64,000 nt of DNA, taken from assembly GCA_051362555.1 (NCBI GenBank), contig CM120641.1, forward strand, positions 35,780,401-35,844,400, read 5' to 3'. Position numbers and translations under genes: made by a program. Below the pieces are notes generated by a model that saw only the letters and a program-made list of their open reading frames with translations, was not told where the DNA came from and did no database searches. Below are positions 25,251 to 64,000 of the stretch, piece by piece. Source of the stretch: Lingula anatina. Taxonomy: Eukaryota; Animalia; Brachiopoda. The first letter of the stretch is position 1, and each line of letters begins with the position of its first letter.

Positions 25251-28200
25251 TATTTATCAAATCAAAGTTGAGCGAGTCTTAATCCAGATATCAATATTTT
25301 TGTTTTACATATCTGAATATTTAAAACTAATTGTGATTAAAATATTTTTTTAATCTTTAATAAGTGGATGTTTGAAAATATGAGAATATATCAATGGCAG
25401 TTTATTTTACTCTAAATAAAGTACTTTACAATTATATGCAAAATGGCTTAGCGTTTTCATTGGCTCGGAAGAACTCTAAGGGTGGGGGTTCGATTCGGGT
25501 ACTTGGAACATATAAAATTCTTTTCCAGAAGGGCTTTTGAAAATTCTCTCTAGTTACTATAAAAGAAAAGTCTAGCTGGGGAGGGTGGGTGGGAACACTT
25601 AGGGGAGTGGATAGCACGCGCGACTCGGACCCAGCAAGACTTGGGTTCGAAACCTGGCACTTCTGGGTCCAAGCAAATTACCTTTTGCAAAAGAAAAACC
25701 AAAATGAGTAATTTACACTCCAACAAGAGGGTTTTACGCCATAGAAAAAGCATGATGAGCCATGGCTCAATAGATAAGACGGCAGAACAGTAAGCAGGAG
25801 ATAAAGAGTTCGAGGCGAGCTATAAAAGACAATTAGTTTTGCAAGTTTTGAACCAAGTAAAAGCACTTGTACGTTTATTATTGTCAAAATGAATTATTTA
25901 CAGCATTAATTTTTCTACAAAAATAATGAAAACATAACATTTTGTGCTCTAAATTAATATAAATTAAAATTTAACAAACAGAAAAAAGTTTGTATCTGTA
26001 AATAAAACAAATCGAAGATTTTATGCATTTTGAAAATTGTTACTTAAATACAGAATCCTTTGATTTATGACAAAATAAGTTCAAGATTGTAGCATTTGAA
26101 AGACTTTGGCAAGAACTGATAATAGACAAAATGGACTTTTTCTATTGCATTTGGCAACTTTTTGTCAAAGTTGACATAAGTGCCTTGTCTTCATCGTATT
26201 CCATCTAAAGCATTTCCGTCCACATCCAGAGGTTGTAACAATTTTAATAATGCAAATAATCTGTTGTAAGCGTTATTCGTGCACTCACGCACACGCGCAT
26301 GTACTATGTCATCTTGTTGATGATTACACAACAAATCGAACAGTAGCCAAAATTTCATCATGTTTTGAAGATTACTGGTTGCTTTGCCAATCGTTATCTT
26401 TTTAACATTTTTGTATTCTTTGCACTAAATCCGAAAATAAATATCATACATGGCGTAACTCTGGATGAAAATGTACATGCGAATCAGGAGCGACATAAAT
26501 ACATGGACTGTTTACAAGAACATCCTAGTTTTAGCCAAATTCAGAATATATAAACAAAACTGAAAGGGTCACAAAAATCAGTGTACTTGAGTTGACTTTT
26601 CGCATTCACTTAAAACTAACTCTGGTTCTCGGTGTTCAGTGATGGCACTAAGCACAAATAACACAACATGGACATGCAGGACTAATATCTATCCAAGGCT
26701 GTTGTTCTCAATCACCCCTTCCTCCCAAAAATTTTTTAATGTATTATAATACAGAAAAACTTTATTTGGAACGCTCCTCTGCAGATTTTAAGCATGTTTT
26801 TCACTTTAAAATTGAAACAAAACGAAGTATTAAGGTACAAAGATAAACAATGGTAGAATTTATCGAATTTTACATTTAGAGGAACAAATTTTTAATACTT
26901 TGAAACTACAATTCTGTAAAATTCTTAAATAACTGACTAAACTGTTAGAATGGACTTAAATGTAACAGATAAAATAATAAATCCAATAATCTTATTTAAA
27001 TAATACATAAATTTTGTTTAAGAATTATTAATTGTACACTATCTTTTCGAGCAAAAGAGACAAAAGTTGAAGGTCTAAATTTCATTGAATCCTTTCAGAA
27101 TACTCATTGCCTCACGAAATTGGGCTTTGCGGCAACCAAAGTTATTTTGAAAATACGGAATGCAGGGTGGACACTTAGTATGAATTTAATTTCTATCTCT
27201 ATGAGAATTTTCATAAACAAAAAGCTCATTTTATTCGACTTTTAATTTGATATATGTTTTGGAGCAGAATGTTACAACCAAAAGCAAACATACTAAATGC
27301 CGTCCCTGCAAATTAACGAGCAAACAAACACCAGCACAGGAGGCAATCTTGGCATGGGTGTGGAGCTGTCTCTCGAACACGACACCTGTCTCTGAGTAGG
27401 ACGCTTCTGGTATCTTCCTAAACGATACTTAAGAGTCACTGGAATTAAAAGAATAAATTCACAATCATGAAACAATGTCCAAAGATCTGATAAATCAGTG
27501 TGTGTTCATTACAGCAATTCGTGTCAGTATCGTGTCCTTTGCGTTATAATTAACAACTCGCTATTATGTTTTAAAATTATAGAAATAGCTATTTTCATAT
27601 TAAACCTTCATTGAAAGCTTCTGATTTCAGAAACAATAGGGTACCCAAAAGGCACTGAGGGAGAGCTAAGAGAAATTATCCTTCACGTCAGTTAGATGTC
27701 CCCGTGGTCACTATGCCTAGAGTGCATCATTTCGGAAAAATATCGTCAATGCAAAACTAAGAAATGCTACAATACATTTTCCATAATCTCTACGGAACTT
27801 ACGAGATACTGCTGCCGGGTTCAATGCCATCTTTTCGGCCTACATGTGGCAGTAGCAGTAATGTGACATGGGACATCCTTCTTCTCCATCTTCTACTGAC
27901 CTTGGTTTTATCTGAGCACCTCTCACTAAAAGGCTCACCTGATTTACATAATGATAAAGAGGTCACCCACTTTCCGTACGGACGCTTCGGTTTGAATTAA
28001 TACACTTCAGGAAATGGGTCTGAATATTCTCTTTACAAACCTTTTTAGTCGTGTAAAGCTCAATCGCAAAGGTCAGGGCCTACGGGTTCACGACCCTTTA
28101 TGCCTAAGCCGAAAAGTACAGCTTTTTAACGTATTTACAACCTTTTTCAGATCAAGTAAAGGCGGCTGTAGTTACGTCTTTATTACCCGTTTCTGATCAT

Positions 28201-28744
28201 GTCAAGGCGATAATAGGCACAACGTCTTTATAAGGGAAAAAGAAACAGAAAATCAGGCATAGAATCTAAGCATACAAATTGAAACCTTTCCGGAATATGT
28301 TAAGGTTAAAATATAGCACTTCGAAAAATAATCAATAATGAAATAACTGATCAGTCTTTCGCATAAATATTTAAAATCACAAGCATTTTTTTCTAAACTG
28401 TTGTGCAGAAGTAATCAGGTAAAAGGAATCCTCAATTTAGGCTGATTTATGATTCCTCTACCTAGCTCTTTTCTCTCCCTCGTTTTTTAAATATAATTAT
28501 GTCACCTAGCCACTGTGCTTCAGAAAGTCAAAAAGAAAATGAACTAAAATGTTTTTTAAACTACAAGTTTACACTAAGTTTCTAGTGTAGAAACCTACAT
28601 GTAAGTCCACACTAGCTCTCCGGGCACAAATGCTGGAAAGCGTATAAAAAATACAAATGTATTTTTGTGTTCCATTTAGGCTACGTACAATAGTGGTATT
28701 TTTAAAATAAAAGTAGGCCTATCTGGTCCCCAAAATATATACAA

Positions 28745-28917
28745 GGAAGTCCTAGGGATGGAAGTCCGGGCTCCCATGATTAGTAGGGCCTACAGGTTAG
28801 GGCTAGTTGGAGTATTGGGGTTAGTATAGGGCCTATGGGACAAATGTCACTTGTAGGCCCTACAAAGTAATGAGAAGCGGACTACGGTTCTTAACGGACT
28901 TCCATTCCTGTTACACC
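28745..28917. mobile_element. Second, 5'-truncated copy of the 14437-14612 MITE
   Basis: Collinear with 14455-14612 and ends GGACTTCCATTCCTGTTACACC; carries three extra GGGCCTA-type insertions. Confidence 0.8.
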
Positions 28918-29669
28918 TGGGCTAGTTTGCCCAGTTATCGGGCCTACACTTAGGGCATTGTAGAGCCAACTGGAAATGAATTAGAGCAACAAACCCGGTC
29001 TTAAAACAAGCGCCATGAATTAAGCTACGTCAGTATAGGGCCTACGTCATTATTTTGAAAATATGGCTTGCAATTTGACAAAAAAGGAACCCAAAAATCT
29101 TTTTTTTAATTTTAAGTAAACTTATAATGGTATAAAGCAAGTTTTTAATGAATGATAAAGAATAATAAACTTTCATTTTTCTTATAACAATTTCAATCTT
29201 AAACTAGTATTTATGCAACAAACCACTGACTATGTCTTAACAATGGTCACTTTACAAAATGGTGTGATCATTTTTTATTTGCCTTGTGGTTTCTTTTCAG
29301 AAATTGACGAGGATCCAACTAGTCCTGGTCTCCCCTAACACATAAATTGGAAAAATGTTCAATCGAATTATTGAACATGTGCATCCGACCTTCTTATTCT
29401 TCACCCCTTTGTCATTCTTATTTGACTGTAAATGTAAGCCAACTATGTAGGCCTAATGCGAGGCAGAATACGTTTTGCGACATGTTTTACGACATAAACT
29501 AAAAGCGATATTTAGATATTTACCGTAAAGCGTCCTAACAACGATATTATTACTCGCCCTAAAGTTAAAGGAATTTGCTACACATCTATTTTTCCTAAAG
29601 CACAAGATGAGCACATTGGGCGACATAAAAAGCATTTCTACGGTGAAAAGCAAATTTTCTTACAGTATT

Positions 29670-29850
29670 TTGTATCTAAATACAGTTTTAGTGGAGCTAT
29701 ATTTCATGTGGATGTCAACTATAAACATAGTCGTGATGCGGTCATTGTTGACAGTATCCAGCTAATGCACGTGTTTAGGTTTACGCTGCTTTCATATCAA
29801 ACATTTCCGATTACAAACAGCATATGAGTACACAGTCAACGTAGTAACCA
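29670..29850 (+). promoter_or_regulatory. Putative promoter with forkhead-like sites and an imperfect RFX X-box
   Basis: TAAATA (29677), ATAAACA (29721), TGTTGAC (29745), TGTTTA (29772) and CAAACA (29798, 29814); GTCAACGTAGTAAC at 29835-29848. These are short motifs in AT-rich DNA. Confidence 0.35.
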
Positions 29851-29860
29851 TTCAGACTGT

Positions 29861-32049
29861 ATGCAAAAGGAAAGGAAAATGTTAGCTTCGGCCCCTTTAG
29901 CAAACTACCACGAGAAACGACAGTTTCGGCAGGGCCAAAAGACAGCTACGATACTTTCCAATACCGCTGGGCATGTGACGGTTATTCCAGACACAACTTT
30001 CAATGACAGGAGAACAGAAATGCGACGTGGGATAGATTTACCACGCAAGAGAGGTTCAAGAGAAATGCATAGAACCACTATGACATTTGAAACAAATCCT
30101 GTGAAACCCGACTTTGGATCTACAGCAAGAAAGGTGAATGAATACATGTAAAACCTTACTTTTTAAACTTAAAAAATTAATGTCGACTCAGTACGTGCGC
30201 AAAATGTATACCAACTACTTGCCTTATTATTTGGGCTTACGCGGGCGCAGGTAGGATGCATATAGACAGTCACACTAACTCTGAGACAAATGCCCCCTTT
30301 ACTGTTATTTATCATTTATCAGTTTTACAGCCCAATTTATATGATTAAATGTTCAAATATATTTTCCAAATTTTAGATTTTTATCTTGATAAACATATAT
30401 ATATATAAATAAATTATTATTTACAGTAATCATCATATGTTTCACATGTAGAATAAAAGTAACAGACCCCTCCTCCCCCCCCCCCCCCAAAAAAAAAAGA
30501 GAGAGAGAGAGAGAGGAAGAGAGAGGAAGAAGAATCACACCATACTTTGAAAACCAGTTTATATAACATTTTAAACAATTGAGTCAAATGCTCTTATGAT
30601 CATACACAAAAAAATGACTTAAACTATCTTTCAAAACTTGCTTAGTTTGCAGGAAGATGCAGGAAAGACACTTAGTTTTCATACACTACATGTATTTTCT
30701 CTTTCAGAGTTACAGTGGCACTAGGCATTTACCTTCCCCAGAAAAGGCTAGAGGTCCTAGATACCCATATTTACACATGTCACAGTTTGATCTTGGAACA
30801 TCCAGCAGAACAGATTGGACATCCACAAATTCAAGGAATTATTTTCAAAAAGATATTAACCCAGTAAGTGTTAAAAGAAAGATGTTCTCAGTAGATAAAA
30901 ATACTATCCATAATGCTTTGTGAGAGATTATTTAAGGTTTATTTCTAAGGTCATAAAGTAGCAGGACAAGTTATGCTCTAATTTACATTTCACAGAATGT
31001 CATTTTCACAAAAAAATAAAATGATATACAAAATAACTAAAGCTTTCAAAATGCAAGTGTTGGATTTAGACATATGATATACATGTCATTCTCTTTAAGG
31101 CATCTGTTATCCATTGGCCTACGCTAGAAAACAAACTAAATATGAATCAAGGGAGTCAGATGCGTCAAGTACTAGTTCAACCAGATAATCAGTACACTTA
31201 CTGGACGCAGTATTCTCGTATCCACAACAAACTTGGTGCTGTCCTTAATCCTGATGTTCCCCGCGAGCTAAGGAACCCACCTATAAGAAAACAGTACAAT
31301 ATTTTGACAGGTAAGCTTATGTACACAGCCATATCTTATAGCAGTAGGAATGACTTGTGTGTTTGAGATAAGGATGACACATAAAATCATTAGTCTTGTC
31401 TCCTGGCTGCACAGACCATGAAAGACCCCAGGAATTGTTAAATATCTAAATATATGATTTATGATTTTTTTTTTTAGTTGAAGCATGCATGAACAAAACA
31501 GTATTACTGCTGGGATAATGAATTCAATTTAAAAAAAAAAAAGGTCCTCTTTTTTGCCTACCTGAGCCCAACACAAACCTCCCACAGCCCATATCTCCTA
31601 GGGCCTCAGAATACTTCTCTTCACTCCTCTTTACTCCTCTTTAGGGTTAAGCAGGGGGGCAGATTCCACTATTTTGTTGGGGTTGGGAGATCTGTATTTG
31701 CCCTTGCAACTGCAAAATTGTCTAATGCAATGATTCAGGCCGATTCCTCAATATCATATTCTATATTTACTATGTACCTTCAAGATGCTGTTTCACAAAA
31801 AATTTGTCCCCCTGACATGTGCTGATTTAAATACTTTAATTTTAAAAGAGATGTTGTGAATATTAAAAAAAAAAAACTTGCAATAGGGCATTTAAAGGTG
31901 TAAGAAAATCTCTTTAAAACAATTTATAACAAAACGTTACAATTCTAGGAGAAATTGTAGGGCCAGCATGGTCAGAAGAAAATCGAAGAACCTCAGGAAA
32001 TCGAGTTTTGTATGGATCAAGAAGAAATGATGAGTTTACACCAAACTGA
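29861..32049 (+). CDS. Uncharacterised ~246-aa basic, low-structure protein, possibly a ciliary/sperm microtubule-associated protein; 4 exons
   Basis: Exons 29861-30133, 30708-30863, 31100-31310 and 31949-32049, all with canonical GT-AG sites and matching phases (741 nt). Motifs HMSQFDLG, YWTQYSRIHNKLG, QYNILTGEIVGPAW and RRTSGNRVL. Confidence 0.82.
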
Positions 32050-33040
32050 TGGAAGCAAGTACCTGTCCTGACACAGATTAAGAGAATTTTCGTACAGAAA
32101 GTGGTGCTTCCATGTTATCTCCCATTCATAAATTTTCCCTTTTCCCTGAAAAGTCTTTAGAAAAATAACCAGGAAATTCAATGTCATTAAAATGATCAAT
32201 CCAATAATTATTCCTGGTTTGCCATTTGTTTCCGTTTTCCAGTGTGGAGATAAAAATTGTGTTAACATCATACTGCAACAAGTATTGCATAATATGAACT
32301 CGTCTTCTGTGCAATATAAATTCCCACCGACAATCATTGCTCATACATTGTACAATCATTGTCTATTATATTAATGCAACCCTTCAATCTATATTTAAGG
32401 TTGTTAACATTTTGGCCAATATTCTGCTCCTGTGGTCAACAAGTCTGACATGATTTATTTTGATACTGTTTTACATTTGAATTTTTTTGTGAAAAAATCA
32501 AGCATAATATATTAAAAAGTCCATGTGCATAATATATTTAGAAGTGGTGGTGTTTGTTAGTTACTTCATGTTCAGATAGTTGCAATTTAGACTATTTTGT
32601 ATATTTGCTTAAAGTCCTACTTGTATTTTTCATAAAATTTTAAGAAATGGAAAAGGATGTACTAATTAATTTGTATTAATAAAATTAAATATGAAAAAAA
32701 AATCTGCAAAATGGTACATTTTCTAAACCCTTCTTTTAAACAAGACATGAACATAAAAATTCATTCAGCCAGTTATGTGAAAATGAACATTTTTCTTTTA
32801 AAGATGCACTTGGGGCAACATATTAATATGTGAGCATAGTAAAAGTTATAATATCATTTACAAATAGCTTAAAAAGCAAAGATGGATTAAAGCAACTTAA
32901 AGCACTTGAATAAATAACAGTTGCCTTTGGTATGCCAGCATCTCAGGGAGGTGGCTGTTATGTCTAGGAAAACATACCATTTAGGTCAGACATTGTCACA
33001 ACTGCTGTATATAAGCCTCAGTTGCAAAAGGAATGTAGTC

Positions 33041-33078
33041 ACATAACACACAATCCCAAGCTGGAAGTACAATTTATT
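33041..33078 (-). terminator. Candidate SMG1 polyadenylation signal
   Basis: AATAAA on the minus strand (33078-33073) followed ~20 nt later by GU-rich ATTGTGTGTTATGT. Other AATAAA candidates exist (33806, 33208). Confidence 0.35.
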
Positions 33079-33634
33079 CTACAACTCTGAGAAAAAATAA
33101 TACAATACTAAGACTCTATTGATCAAGCCACTAGCAGATCAACCTGATCTTTGAAGCTTGAATACAACTATAAGACTGCAAAGAAGCATAATAATGTTCA
33201 TATTTATTTCACTAACCCTAAACATAAATTGGAAGAGCAACATTCAGATTACCCTGCATGTTATATTTTTAAACTATAGTATAACATAAAGAGAACCATG
33301 TACCAGCTCATGAATGTAAGATGTTCATCAATACCTTTCATCATTCACCCAAGAGTTGGAAACCGAGGAGGAAAAGGGGGAGGGTGGGGGGACTACCAGG
33401 TAACAAGATTTGCAGTGGTATGTAACCAAGTGGTACTAGTCAATTCAACAGCAGTGAAAAAGGTCATCAAAACTGCTGTGGCCCCCAAGCTGAGAGAACC
33501 TCTGGCATAGATTTTCATTGTAAAGACTTCCTTCGTGTATTTCTCTTCAACAAAAAAAAGTAATTGCCTATACTTCAGTAACAGTGATGAGATGCCCACT
33601 GGGTCACTGCAACAACTAAGTAACAAATCGGTCA

Positions 33635-33675
<41 letters not shown>

Positions 33676-34965
33676 GGAAGTATTTTCAATTAAATGCCCC
33701 CAAAAAAACAACTGATTTTCATCTTTTTATACCAATAGTACTCTATTATTATTATTTTCAAACTAAATATTTTCCCTCTACCTCATAATGTTAACAGCGT
33801 TTTATTTAATGTCCACTCTAACTTTTTATCTGCAACTATTTTTGGTCTTTACTGACATTTGATATTTTGTCTATCAAGTAGACAATTTCCACTAATGTTG
33901 TACGCCAGTGACATACATGTAACTCGTGATCTCAAACAATTCTCTAAAGCTATGCTAAACATAAAGTAAGAAGCACATCTACAACTCTACAATCCTTTTT
34001 TTTTTTTCCATATGTTAGGATAGCATTAATTCCACAAGATAACATGTGATTTTATGACAATACAATTCACAAAACAGTTTTATCATTAAGTATATACTTG
34101 TTTGAATTTAAAGAAAAGAAAATGATCAAAACCTTTAAATGACTTTAACTCCAGTTTTTCAATTTTTTTTTCTTTTTTTTTTTTTGGTCTTTTAAACAAT
34201 GTGGCAAACAAAGCGCTTATATACTGCAGTTAACAAACTATGTAATGTATACAAGACAGGATTACATTTTTATGTTGAAATAGTTAATATCTTAATATGG
34301 GACTAATAATTCCATAAAGACACCAAAACATACACATAAATATACCAAGCATTATGCTTAAATCAAAAACTCCTGTCACCTTGATTTTTCCGAATAATCA
34401 TTCCTGCAAAATTATATGCCACCTGCACGAGTTAAAGTTCATTTAAAGTTGAAACAGATGAATACATCTCTCTCACTCCTCAATTTTCATTTCAACAGTG
34501 CGATCTTTCACTTGGTAACGTTTGTCCATTAACATCTTCATTTTTCTCCTTAAAGCGATAATTGCTCTTGTGGCTATCTTTTTAAACATAGATAGTCTCT
34601 TTTGTTACATTTTCATTTTAATCTTCTTCTCAAATTAATATCTGATCTCACAGATGATATTTCTTTCTGCACAGGCAATGTTTCATAGACATGCCTTTTC
34701 TCAGTTCATTTCTCAGTTAAACCTTCCACACCAATGAAAGGAATCTCTCTGTTGTTAAAATGGCCCTCCGGCCGGGCCGATGAGAGTGTTTTGGTGTGCC
34801 TTCTCTTTTTTTTTTTGTATGGTGGTTGTACTCTTCTTTCTGTACTGTAGTACACTACAGTCCCCATGTATCTCAGCAACGAGAGTTCGTCTGTCGAGAT
34901 TCTCTGTGGGTTTCTGTAGGATGGATGGGATAAGAGCCATGTTATCTCTCTTCTGATTGGTCGAT

Positions 34966-63576
<28,611 letters not shown>

Positions 63577-64000
63577 CTACAATGCAAATTATGTTGGAAA
63601 TTACAGCTTTAAAGCGATGCATTTGAAGCCAGATAACATTTAAATCATTGCCACTAAACCCTGCAAACCCTGCATTTATAGTTTCAAATAGCAAAACTCT
63701 AAGAAATTAAAGAAGCTAAGGGTATCACCTAATACCTTCCAAAAGTGAAATATGAACACATATTTTTTTCGTTCTTCCTGTGCTGTATATATGAACCTTG
63801 GTTGCTTTTGCCAAACCTTATTTGAATATGTATGCTATTGTGCACACAGCAGTAATGCATCTTACGTAACTGCATCATTTGGCAGACTTTCCAGGATGGA
63901 CAATTCAAATTTACAATCATGAAATTGAAAAAGGTGCAGTTTTAAAACTTTTTTGACTGACCGAGTGACACATTTGGTTTATCTTTAGCATGTGGATATT

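Overview
AT-rich, intron-rich animal genomic DNA. Gene and repeat content suggest a lophotrochozoan, probably a mollusc (inference). Five protein-coding genes could be assembled by eye: (1) a 12-exon IL-17 receptor (SEFIR) gene, + strand, 3373-17524, with an apparent frameshift/PTC in exon 4; (2) a convergent 5-exon secreted PAN/apple + fibrinogen-domain gene, - strand, 18624-20692; (3) a 4-exon uncharacterised, probably ciliary gene, + strand, 29861-32049; (4) the 3' ~39 exons of the NMD kinase SMG1, - strand, 34966 to beyond the window end; (5) an intronless class A GPCR nested on the same strand in a 10-kb SMG1 intron. IL17R intron 3 is a nest of repeats: a 146-bp satellite, a tRNA-SINE, a Tc1 relic and MITEs. 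The most unusual observations are a minisatellite in SMG1 built from tandem copies of a real 5' splice junction, where every alternative donor would create a PTC, and a cluster of TA-GGGCC-TA transposon-footprint-like insertions upstream of the ciliary gene. No prokaryotic systems or CRISPR arrays were seen. All coordinates were read by hand, and no database searches were run.
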